Source: a virus
Virus record (IMG/VR): IMGVR_UViG_3300023184_008416
Location: 1-64,000 of that record
DNA length: 64,000 bases
Reading direction: 5' to 3' (one strand)
In this document: positions 31,482 to 39,960 of the stretch, in pieces
Position numbering within the stretch: the first letter of the stretch is position 1
Layout: every line of letters begins with the position of its first letter
The notes under the pieces: generated by a model
Databases searched by the model: none
What the model was told of the DNA's origin: nothing
The model's input: only the letters and a program-made list of their open reading frames with translations
Position numbers and translations under genes: made by a program

Positions 31482-32152
31482 TCAACACCATAAATTATTT
31501 TATACCATGTTGCAAGAGATCTGGGGATATTAGGATTGTACGTGGGATTTGGAACGTGTTTATATGTCACAAGTGCTTCACTTAAATTTGATAATTTAAA
31601 CCACGGCAAGCATCTCATCCACAAATCAAAATCTTCTGCAAGATTAAATAAATCAAAATATCCTGCACACTTTTCAAGAATTCTTTTTCTAAAGATCACA
31701 CTTGGATGACCAATAGAATTAGATCCGGATAACATTTCTTTTGCAATCAAATCATGACTTAAAGGATAGGAGGTATTATACAAAAAATTATTGTTTTGAT
31801 CAACTACCTTTAATTGAGTGCCCAAAATATCAATTTCTTGATTTAAATTTAAGTATTCAACTTGTTTGATCAATTTATTGTTATGCCAAATATCATCAGC
31901 ATCTTGACGTGCTATTAAATCTCCCCTAGATTCTTTAAGACCTAAATTTAAAGCGGGTACAATGCCAGGGCTTGAATGAAAAATTTTAATTCTTTCATCA
32001 TTTAATTCTTTAATTTTATTTTCAGTGTTATCTGTTGTTCCATTAACAATACATAATATTTCAATATCATTGACATTCTGGTCAATGACGGATTGAATTG
32101 ATTGTTTAATTGTATTTTCTGCATTTTTTACAGGTATGATAACAGATATCAT
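31478..32152 (-). CDS. GT2 glycosyltransferase
   Basis: MISVIIPVKN, ALNLGL, IARQDADD, GHPSVIFRK, AEDFDLW. Confidence 0.92.
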   Translation of the reverse strand: MISVIIPVKNAENTIKQSIQSVIDQNVNDIEILCIVNGTTDNTENKIKELNDERIKIFHSSPGIVPALNLGLKESRGDLIARQDADDIWHNNKLIKQVEYLNLNQEIDILGTQLKVVDQNNNFLYNTSYPLSHDLIAKEMLSGSNSIGHPSVIFRKRILEKCAGYFDLFNLAEDFDLWMRCLPWFKLSNLSEALVTYKHVPNPTYNPNIPRSLATWYKIIYGVE

Positions 32153-32153
32153 T

Positions 32154-34040
32154 TTAATGATTCACTTTTACTTTAATATGTGGTGTTTTTGTTCCATCCC
32201 ATTTCCTGTGCCAAACCCATCCACCGATGTTTTCTAATCTATTTGCTAGTTCTTGTATTTCTTCATCTGTAACATCTACCCAAGGTTTATCAAAAAACAT
32301 ATTATTTTCTTTTGTATCTATTTGAGGAATGTTGTACATGCTTTCCCAAAATCTTGACCAGTATTTTTGGTATGTTTTTATTTTTCTTGGTAAATTTTGC
32401 CAGCTATAATGGACAACATGGGGTAGATTATCTATGACCTGATTGATCCAATTTTCATAAGCACTTAATGCATTTTGATCGCCGTTTAGTGCCAAATGTC
32501 TAATTTTTTCTGATTCTTGAGATATGAAAGTTGCATGAGGAACTCTTTCTCCAGAATCTTCATAAATCATGTCACATGAGTCTGTTCCTGTGGCTGCATA
32601 TAACTTTCCTTCTTCATCATATCTACGTAACTCTTTTGGAATGCCATGAGTAATATTTTTAGAATTTCTGCTTAATCTCCATTTCCATGGAGTAACGTCT
32701 ATTCTAACTTTTCCATTTTTACCCCAAAGATCTATTACGGGTAATGATATGATCTCAAGATTTTTTGACATCTTTTTTGCTAAATCTACAATTTTAGCTT
32801 CATATCCATCTGGCACAATTTCATCTGAATCCATTTGCCAGCAAAAATCGCTGGTACACATTTTTCTAGCCTCGGCCTTCAACAGACCATCAACTTGAAC
32901 AGCAAATCTTTTGTCATTAAAATCTTTTTTGCTGACCTTAAGTTTTAATTTACTTTCTTTTTCAGATAACTCTTGTAATTTTTCTATGGTACCATCTGTA
33001 GAACCACAATCTACTACACATACTTCATCACAAAAGTTTAACATTGATTTAACGCATTGCAAAAATGGGTACTCCCCATCAATGCAATTGTATGTTGTAG
33101 TATACCCACTTATAGTTGGCTTATAATCCATTATTTTTTTAATAGCTGACCAAAACATTTCGGGAGCGCTGTAAAGATAATTGTAAATTTCATCAAATGA
33201 TCCATTGAACCATTCTTCTTTTGAATGTTGTACGTAATCGTTTAATTCAAGTTTACAACCAAGAAGTTTAGCTTCAATAACCATTCTAGGACACGTATCA
33301 GCACCAGACGGCAAATAAACAAATCCTTCTGCAAAAGCCATTTTAGCAAGCATTTCATCGTAAGATACGTTCCATACTACTTCGTAGTCTTTTTGATTGT
33401 CTTTGCACCACTTTTTTGCTGTTTCTGCACCCTTTACCCAAGAATTTGAACCCAAAACTATCCAACCTTTTTTGGAATCTTGAGATGAAATTACTTGATG
33501 TTTCAATAATTTTATTTTTGCGAGTGTCTCTTTGCTAAAAATGCTGGATATTACGATATTGTCTTTTTCATATAAAAATGGAAAGTTTGTAATATATCTA
33601 ATTTTTTGAGACTCTGACATCCACCAGATGCTCTGTGCACCTTGAAAGAAGGCAGAAATAATCTTTCCGTTGAGTTGATTGTGGCAATCACATGGAAGAC
33701 CGGTAATATTCTCGTGCTTTTCTGGTGACCTATAACTGCAATATTTGTAGTCATATTCCAACACAGAATATTTCATGTTTCCGACTATCGTTGGAATTAA
33801 GTTGGAATTAAGTTGAGCAAAATTTCCAAAAATCCAGTGACAATGTTGTCCGGATCTCAAAATATCAATATTAATCTGTGAACTTTTGATTTTTACGTAA
33901 TTTACAGGACATGAATCAATTAATGCCTGAGTTGTTAACTCAGCTCCTCCAACATAATCTTCTATAAAAAAATCAGAAACAAATACTACTTTAGTTTCAT
34001 TGGTAATTTGAGGAGTTACTTGAAATGGACTTTGATTCAT
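32154..34040 (-). CDS. Two-domain glycosyltransferase (GT-B-like N-terminus plus GT2-like C-terminus)
   Basis: N-half GGAELT...KG...DTCPRMVIEAKLLGC; C-half ISGYTTTYNC, VCVVDCGSTDGT, CWQMDSDE. Confidence 0.8.
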   Translation of the reverse strand: MNQSPFQVTPQITNETKVVFVSDFFIEDYVGGAELTTQALIDSCPVNYVKIKSSQINIDILRSGQHCHWIFGNFAQLNSNLIPTIVGNMKYSVLEYDYKYCSYRSPEKHENITGLPCDCHNQLNGKIISAFFQGAQSIWWMSESQKIRYITNFPFLYEKDNIVISSIFSKETLAKIKLLKHQVISSQDSKKGWIVLGSNSWVKGAETAKKWCKDNQKDYEVVWNVSYDEMLAKMAFAEGFVYLPSGADTCPRMVIEAKLLGCKLELNDYVQHSKEEWFNGSFDEIYNYLYSAPEMFWSAIKKIMDYKPTISGYTTTYNCIDGEYPFLQCVKSMLNFCDEVCVVDCGSTDGTIEKLQELSEKESKLKLKVSKKDFNDKRFAVQVDGLLKAEARKMCTSDFCWQMDSDEIVPDGYEAKIVDLAKKMSKNLEIISLPVIDLWGKNGKVRIDVTPWKWRLSRNSKNITHGIPKELRRYDEEGKLYAATGTDSCDMIYEDSGERVPHATFISQESEKIRHLALNGDQNALSAYENWINQVIDNLPHVVHYSWQNLPRKIKTYQKYWSRFWESMYNIPQIDTKENNMFFDKPWVDVTDEEIQELANRLENIGGWVWHRKWDGTKTPHIKVKVNH

Positions 34041-34049
34041 TATGGAATG

Positions 34050-34078
34050 AATTTAAGATTATTACTTGAGATGTACAA
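34050..34078 (-). promoter_or_regulatory. Candidate promoter for the glycan cluster (TTGTAC-N17-TAAATT)
   Basis: Sigma70-like spacing, ending 10 nt before ATG 34040 in the divergent intergenic region. Confidence 0.35.
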
Positions 34079-34136
34079 CAGAATTTTTGTATGTTTTTTT
34101 ATTTGAAAACATATTTATAAACGGGAGATTTCTTCT

Positions 34137-34675
34137 ATGAAGACTTCAGCGGCTAAAACCATCGAAATTGATGATGAGCAAACACCTTCAAGTCAAATTG
34201 AAGATAAACTAAGTCAGCTTTTAGCTGAAGTTAGTCAAAAACTAACTGAAACTTCTACTTTAGAATCTAAGTTTGATAGAATTATATTTAAAGTAGAAAA
34301 GATAGAAGAATCCCAGAATAAGATTCTAGATCAAATATCTGATATACATGAAACAATGTACAATCCGGACAAGGGAATTTTTTCTAGAATTAAAGAAGTT
34401 GAACAAAAAGACAGCAAAAATGTTTTAATATTGGAACAATCAATATCTGAAATCGGTAATTCTCAGGAAGAAGAAAAAAAAAAGTAGAGAACTTTGAATT
34501 AATTCTTCATGATCACAAAGAAAATATTAAAAATATTGAACAAAAAATATCTGATTTTGAAAAAATCAGATCACACTTATCTTCATCAATAAAATGGATG
34601 ATTATAACATTGTTATCGGGAGCCGGCGGTTTATTTTCAAAAGTCATTTATGATCGTATAGGTAAACTTTTTTAA
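34137..34675 (+). CDS. Coiled-coil protein with a C-terminal membrane helix, split by a -1 frameshift in an A10 run
   Basis: The ORF stops at TAG 34485-34487 right after GAA AAA AAA AAG. The -1 frame continues VENFELILHDHKENIKNIEQKISDFEKIRSHLSSSIKWMIITLLSGAGGLFSKVIYDRIGKLF to TAA 34673-34675. Confidence 0.7.
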
Positions 34676-34676
34676 A

Positions 34677-34705
34677 GTGTACTTTTAAAGAAATTAAACT
34701 ACAAT
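34677..34705 (+). promoter_or_regulatory. Candidate promoter (GTGTAC-N17-TACAAT)
   Basis: Good -10 box with 17-nt spacing, just upstream of the GroEL-like ORF. Confidence 0.35.
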
Positions 34706-34711
34706 TTAATT

Positions 34712-35833
34712 GTGATAAATTCTGTAGTAGCACAAGCCGTAAGAATGTTAGAATCAAATGTAATTTTTGAAGGAAAGATATTAAAATTTCCTGCAAATTT
34801 TGCATCTTTAAGATTCAGTGATAAAAATCATTCTTTACACCATCAAATTTTATTAGATGCTTGTCTAAAAGCAGAAAAAATTTTTCCTGGAGGTTCTACA
34901 GAGTTGGTTAGGATTTTAGCCTCCTCCAGAGTTTTTGACACAAAACAAAATCATCTTTTTTACCAGCCGAACAGACAACAATTGTTTGATCATTTGACCT
35001 CTTTAGGTCATGATGATTTTATTTTTAACTTATGTATGACAGCATTAGATTTTGCTGGGTCAAATGGAAAAATAATCATTGAAAAAACTCATTCTAATGA
35101 AACAAGTTTAGAATTACGTACTGGGAGTCAATTTGAAATAAATTCTCCTCTCGGCAATTTTGAAATAAAGGATCCCAGAATTGTTATTTTTGATGGATTT
35201 GTAGAATCAGTTTCAGAAATTCACCATTTGTTGACCCAGGTTTCTGACACTGGAGATGATGTAATTTTAATTGCAAGAGGTTATCATGATGATGTTTTGT
35301 TAACTCTTTCTTTAAATCTTAAACGTGGACTTGTAAAAGTTAGACCAATCACAGTCAAGTTTGATGAAACTGGAATTAATACGTTGAAAGATATGTGTGT
35401 TGTTACCGGTTCAAGTATGATCACAAGTGATATGGGATTATTACTTACAGGAATAAAAATATCAGAATTTCCAAGAATAAAATCTTGTCAAGTAAATGAT
35501 AAAAAGATTTATTTGGAAAATCCATCCCAAAATTACAACATCCAGTTACACTTTCAAGATTTATTGAATCGTATTAAAGATTCTGATACCGAGATGCATT
35601 GTGAACTCTTAAAACTAAGAGCCCAAAGTCTTTCAACCAGACAAGTAACAATTAGATTACCTAATAAGATTTCCGTGGCAGTAATTAGACAGTCTTTAGA
35701 TTCTTGTTTTAGACAAATTTCTCACATTACAAAAAATGGAATGTGTGTTGATAAACAAACATTTATTCAATCTGCACTAAATAATCTGATAGATCAAGTT
35801 AAAATTTCTCTTGATTCATTAATAATTGAATAA
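34712..35833 (+). CDS. Degenerate GroEL/Cpn60-like chaperonin (apical and intermediate domains)
   Basis: GKIIIEK..ETSLELRTG, DPRIVIFDG.VESVSEIHHLL, VILIARGY.DDVLLTLSLNLKRG, LKDMCVVTG.MITSDMG. GDGTTT is replaced by PGGSTE; only 373 aa. Confidence 0.75.
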   Translation: MINSVVAQAVRMLESNVIFEGKILKFPANFASLRFSDKNHSLHHQILLDACLKAEKIFPGGSTELVRILASSRVFDTKQNHLFYQPNRQQLFDHLTSLGHDDFIFNLCMTALDFAGSNGKIIIEKTHSNETSLELRTGSQFEINSPLGNFEIKDPRIVIFDGFVESVSEIHHLLTQVSDTGDDVILIARGYHDDVLLTLSLNLKRGLVKVRPITVKFDETGINTLKDMCVVTGSSMITSDMGLLLTGIKISEFPRIKSCQVNDKKIYLENPSQNYNIQLHFQDLLNRIKDSDTEMHCELLKLRAQSLSTRQVTIRLPNKISVAVIRQSLDSCFRQISHITKNGMCVDKQTFIQSALNNLIDQVKISLDSLIIE

Positions 35834-35869
35834 AACCATTTTATTAAATCTTAAAATTTAAGATAATAT

Positions 35870-36118
35870 TTGACTATGACAAATGATAAGTTAAAAATCG
35901 TCAAATCTACAAAAAACATTTTTGAAAACGCAAGAGACGTAACCGTTTCAAAATTAGTAGAAATGACCAATCAAGGTGTCATAAAATTAGACAGAGATCA
36001 ATTGACAAGAGTTATTCAGGTAGTTCAGACAACCTTAGATAATTCTTATCAAAATAGTATAAAATTTCACGAAAGAGAAATTACAAATGCTTTAGAAGAA
36101 GCATCTAAAAAAAAGTAA
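35870..36118 (+). CDS. Hypothetical protein
   Basis: 82-aa ORF in the plus-strand run. Confidence 0.6.
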   Translation: MTMTNDKLKIVKSTKNIFENARDVTVSKLVEMTNQGVIKLDRDQLTRVIQVVQTTLDNSYQNSIKFHEREITNALEEASKKK

Positions 36119-36140
36119 ATTTACTCTGGAATAAATTTGT

Positions 36141-36602
36141 ATGTATGGTCAAAAACATTTGGTAAAATGTAGGTGTATCTTACCTCAATTTAAGAATAAA
36201 GTAGATCCTCCTACCCATCAATTTATAGTTTTTTCAACCTTAGATGATGAGGGAAATCCAATTATTAAATTTTCTCAATGTAATAATTGTGGAATAATTC
36301 ATAAAATTACTGATATCTGTACCTCAGATATCATCGGTGGAAAAGAACAATTAAATTCAATTGTCACAATTGATGACATCAGACCAACTCTAAACATTAA
36401 TCTTGTGGGAATATTAGAAAAAAACATGGCTGATCTTCCCACTTGGGAAAATGCAAAATTTATTATTGAAAACAAGATGTGGGGCCAAAGAATAACTCTT
36501 TCCCCTGAATCACAAGACGGCTTACGTATGGGAAAGGTTTTGACCATAATGGGAGATTCACAGTTTAAAGTTGATTCCTTTGCAAAGGAAGAAACAATAT
36601 GA
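36141..36602 (+). CDS. Hypothetical protein with a possible Zn ribbon
   Basis: CRC...H...CNNC...C pattern in the N-terminal half. Confidence 0.6.
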   Translation: MYGQKHLVKCRCILPQFKNKVDPPTHQFIVFSTLDDEGNPIIKFSQCNNCGIIHKITDICTSDIIGGKEQLNSIVTIDDIRPTLNINLVGILEKNMADLPTWENAKFIIENKMWGQRITLSPESQDGLRMGKVLTIMGDSQFKVDSFAKEETI

Positions 36603-36868
36603 ACCAAGAAATATACGGTCAGTTAAATTCAGAAAAATTAGCACTTGAGAATCAAAAATGTCGACAAATTGTCAATGAAATACTAGATTTTGGTGTTAAT
36701 CAACGTCAACTAATGATGATTATTTACTTGTTATCTCTTAACGTTGAAAACATAGAAACAGCACAAGAATTATCCACCGTAATCAAGGAATTATCACCTG
36801 AAATTTTTGTCGGTCGTAATGAAGACAATAACACCTTAGAAAGGATCGAATTGTATGGGAAGACCTAG
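36599..36868 (+). CDS. Hypothetical protein
   Basis: 89-aa ORF overlapping both neighbours. Confidence 0.6.
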   Translation: MNQEIYGQLNSEKLALENQKCRQIVNEILDFGVNQRQLMMIIYLLSLNVENIETAQELSTVIKELSPEIFVGRNEDNNTLERIELYGKT

Positions 36869-37460
36869 ATCAGATTCATCTATTGAATCTAAAACAAGAG
36901 TTTCAGACGGGGGAGATAGTCACAATCCTCTCAATTATGGTCACAGTGAAGACGCTAGGATAGTTTATCTAGCTGGAGAGGTTAGTGAAGCATCAATCAC
37001 TAACGTTATTGCACAATTGTTAGGTCTTGCAAGCATTAGCAACAAACCAATACAGCTTGTCGTTTCAACTTATGGTGGTTCTGTAGATGAAATGTTTAGT
37101 CTTTATGACGTGATGAAATTTCTATCTTGTCCAGTTCACACTGTTGGCCTCGGCAAGATCATGTCGGCAGGTATTCTTCTTTTATCTTCAGGCAAAAAAG
37201 GTGCCAGATTACTTGGCAACAACGCTCGTCTAATGATTCATCCCATTGCTGGTCATGCTTTTGGGAAAATGTTTGATTTAGAAAATGAAGTTGCAGAGTG
37301 CAGAAGAATGCAAAATTTAATGATTGAACTCTTGAAAAAAGAGACCAAAATGACAAAAGCCGACATTGACAAGATCATGAATTTAAGCCATGATTTTTAT
37401 TTGACACCTCAACAGGCACTGAAATACGGAATTGTTGATAAAATCATTGGTGCAACTTGA
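36855..37460 (+). CDS. clpP: ATP-dependent Clp protease proteolytic subunit
   Basis: RIVYLAGEV, STYGGSV, GLGKIMSAG (Ser), RLMIHP (His), HDFYLTPQQALKYGIVDKI (Asp). Confidence 0.92.
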   Translation: MGRPRSDSSIESKTRVSDGGDSHNPLNYGHSEDARIVYLAGEVSEASITNVIAQLLGLASISNKPIQLVVSTYGGSVDEMFSLYDVMKFLSCPVHTVGLGKIMSAGILLLSSGKKGARLLGNNARLMIHPIAGHAFGKMFDLENEVAECRRMQNLMIELLKKETKMTKADIDKIMNLSHDFYLTPQQALKYGIVDKIIGAT

Positions 37461-37461
37461 A

Positions 37462-37490
37462 TTGAAATACCTGTCAAACTATGTTATAAA
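37462..37490 (+). promoter_or_regulatory. Sigma70-type promoter (TTGAAA-N17-TATAAA with extended TG)
   Basis: Near-consensus boxes in the short gap before the helicase ATG at 37502. Confidence 0.45.
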
Positions 37491-37501
37491 ATTACAATAC
37501 G

Positions 37502-39127
37502 ATGGGACAGGTAGACTACGATCAATTTTTTCCATTTGAAAAAATTAGATCTGAACAAAGAAAAGCTATTGAATTTGCCCTTGACTCAATTGAAGTTGAG
37601 GGCAAAAAGTTTGTGCTACTCGAAATGGGTGTAGGTTCTGGTAAATCAGCAACCGGTGTAACGATTGCCAGATATCTTCTTTCAAAATTAGAAGGTAAAG
37701 AATCAGGTTCTTATTTCCTGACAACACAAAAAGTTTTGCAAGATCAATACATGAAAGACTTTGGCCCAAATTCCTTGGGTCTCATGAGAACAATAAAGTC
37801 TAGTTCAAATTATAGATGTGCATATCATCCTGCACAATCTTGTGCTGAGTCTAGAAGAGTCCTACCACACCTACGTCAAGTTGAAGAAGCAAAAGATTTT
37901 GTTAAAACATGCAATGAACTGTGTCCTTATTCAAAGGAAAAATCATTTTTTATTCAATCGCAATTAGGAGTAACTAATTTTTCTTATTTCTTAGCAGAAA
38001 CAATGTATGCTGGGAAATTGGAGCCTCGTCGACTCTTAGTCATTGATGAAGCTCACAATATCGAAGCCGAATTATCAAAATTTATTGAGGTCACATTTTC
38101 TGAAAAATTTGCAAAAGATGTATTGAAGTGTAAGTTTACAAACGATACGTCTCAAATTGGTGTTTTTAGTTGGATTAAAAAAGTTTATTTGCCAGCTCTA
38201 AATAAGCACATAAAAAAAACAGAATCATTGGTAAAAAAAGAAATGAATGCTGGTGATTCTATTGATGAATCAAGCAAACGTTATGAAATGCTTGACAAAC
38301 ACGTTTGCAAGGTCAATAGATTCACTGGTATGTATCAACCAGATAAATGGATCATGAATTGTGTTGAAGTAAATAACAAAGGCAATATCCTTAGAAAATT
38401 TGAATTTAAACCAATATCGGTGGCCGAATATTCTCATGAACAACTTTTTAAATTTGGAGAAAAAGTTATCATGTTGTCCGCTACAATATTAAATAAGTCA
38501 GCTTTTTGTCGGTCAATTGGATTAAAAGAATCAGACGTTGCTTTTATAAGCATCCCGTCACCATTCTTGGCACAGAATAAACCAGTTCATATTTTACCCG
38601 TAGGTTCAATGTCTGTTAACAACATTAATGACACTCTTCCTAAAATGGTACATGTTGTTCGTGAAATTATGAACCAACATTCTAATGAAAAAGGAATAAT
38701 TCATGCTGTGAATTACAAGGTTGCAAATTACTTAAAAGAAAATTTGAACGATTCAAGAATATTGACTCACGATTCATCGAATCGTGATTTAGTTTTACAA
38801 CAACACGTGAATAGTAAAGAACCGACTGTATTGTTGTCACCTTCTATGATGGAAGGCGTAGATCTTGCTGATGATGCTAGCAGATTTCAAATCTTGTGTA
38901 AGGTTCCATTCCCATATCTTGGTGATCTTGTTGTCCAAAAAAGGATGAAAAATGATGATCTCTGGTACCCTTATCAGACAGCTAAATCCATTATCCAATC
39001 ACTTGGAAGATCGATTAGAAATGAAGATGATTATGCAATATCCTATTTATTAGATTCTGATTGGCAAAATTTTTATAGAAAACACTCTAACATGTTTTCT
39101 GAAGATTTTTGTAAAGTATTAAAGTAG
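37502..39127 (+). CDS. DinG/Rad3(XPD)-family SF2 helicase with Fe-S cysteines
   Basis: Q motif IRSEQ, GVGSGKS, four Cys (RCAY..SCAE..TCNELCPY), VIDEAH, MLSAT, EGVDL, QSLGRSIR. Confidence 0.9.
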   Translation: MGQVDYDQFFPFEKIRSEQRKAIEFALDSIEVEGKKFVLLEMGVGSGKSATGVTIARYLLSKLEGKESGSYFLTTQKVLQDQYMKDFGPNSLGLMRTIKSSSNYRCAYHPAQSCAESRRVLPHLRQVEEAKDFVKTCNELCPYSKEKSFFIQSQLGVTNFSYFLAETMYAGKLEPRRLLVIDEAHNIEAELSKFIEVTFSEKFAKDVLKCKFTNDTSQIGVFSWIKKVYLPALNKHIKKTESLVKKEMNAGDSIDESSKRYEMLDKHVCKVNRFTGMYQPDKWIMNCVEVNNKGNILRKFEFKPISVAEYSHEQLFKFGEKVIMLSATILNKSAFCRSIGLKESDVAFISIPSPFLAQNKPVHILPVGSMSVNNINDTLPKMVHVVREIMNQHSNEKGIIHAVNYKVANYLKENLNDSRILTHDSSNRDLVLQQHVNSKEPTVLLSPSMMEGVDLADDASRFQILCKVPFPYLGDLVVQKRMKNDDLWYPYQTAKSIIQSLGRSIRNEDDYAISYLLDSDWQNFYRKHSNMFSEDFCKVLK

Positions 39128-39178
39128 TTTTTACTCTTTATGAACTAGATATATTGTATTCATATCGGAGGATTTCTC

Positions 39179-39391
39179 ATGAAGGATGTCGTAAACCAAC
39201 AACTACTTGATCACTGGCACGAGCTTCGCACTATGGTTGACGCTCTTGAACAAGATGTCAATAAAAATGCTCGTGGTGTTTCAGCTGCTGGTGTTAGAAC
39301 ACGCAAAGGTGCAAGAACCTTAAAGAAGAAATTAGCAGAACTTGCAAAAGAAAGCCTGTTGATGGAACACTCAAAGAAAAGCGAAGGGTGA
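39179..39391 (+). CDS. Histone H1-like (Hc1-family) small basic protein
   Basis: DVNKNARGVSAAGVRTRKGARTLKK resembles the Hc1 K..GNKAAG.RARK motif; GGAGG RBS. Confidence 0.7.
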   Translation: MKDVVNQQLLDHWHELRTMVDALEQDVNKNARGVSAAGVRTRKGARTLKKKLAELAKESLLMEHSKKSEG

Positions 39392-39400
39392 GGTTTACAT

Positions 39401-39709
39401 ATGCCTTCACGTCGACCGATTCTAATGGAAATTGAGAAATTAGGTCTTTCTCATCACGAATCTCACACAGCCTCTAGTCTGTCTTCTTTCAAGGGAAAAC
39501 AAGTCAAAGAAAAAAATGTTGAAATTCAACCCCAGGTAGAATTAACTTTACTTAAAGTTGAAGAGCTACCTAAAACCGAAGAAGTTAAAACTGAAATTAA
39601 GGTTGAAGAATCTTTACCTCAAGTTTTTGAGGAAGTTGAAGTTCAAAATTCCGTGGTGGAAGAATCAACAAAAAAGGAAAAAGGATTTCGCAAGAAAAAG
39701 AAGGATTAA
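39401..39709 (+). CDS. Hypothetical Glu/Lys-rich low-complexity protein
   Basis: 102 aa, GAGG RBS, repeated KVEE/KTEE. Confidence 0.55.
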   Translation: MPSRRPILMEIEKLGLSHHESHTASSLSSFKGKQVKEKNVEIQPQVELTLLKVEELPKTEEVKTEIKVEESLPQVFEEVEVQNSVVEESTKKEKGFRKKKKD

Positions 39710-39960
39710 CACAATTCTTTTATTTTATTAAGTATCTTTTTTTCAATTTGACAAATTCTCATTCTTGTTAAACCATAAACAGCTCCAACGTCCTGTAGGG
39801 TCCAGGGGCTGTTTTGTGCTCCTACTATTGAACAATTTTGATGTGATGCATCAGGAAACCAATTATCACAGTTTTTTCTTTGGCAAGGAGTCTTGTGCTG
39901 TTGGTGAACTGAAAAGCAGGTTTTACCTTGTAAGACTGTGAGTTTTTTATTGTTTTCCAT
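39706..39960 (-). CDS. Stand-alone sigma-70 region 4 HTH protein with an N-terminal Cys cluster
   Basis: WTLQDVGAVYGLTRMRICQIEKKILNKIK matches TLEEVG..F.VTRERIRQIE.KAL.KL; four Cys lie upstream. Confidence 0.8.
   Translation of the reverse strand: MENNKKLTVLQGKTCFSVHQQHKTPCQRKNCDNWFPDASHQNCSIVGAQNSPWTLQDVGAVYGLTRMRICQIEKKILNKIKELC

Noticed and set aside
15735-34040. Bacterial O-antigen/capsule locus or giant-virus (NCLDV) origin
   Set aside because: There are no wzx/wzy/wzm/wzt or initiator genes, and the cluster is contiguous with T4-like baseplate, terminase and portal genes carrying Shine-Dalgarno sites.
36299-36607. Other antisense ORFs in the track (e.g. 15723-16040, 36299-36607, 48519-48890, 55716-56027)
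   Set aside because: They lie opposite well-supported genes and show no motifs or RBS.
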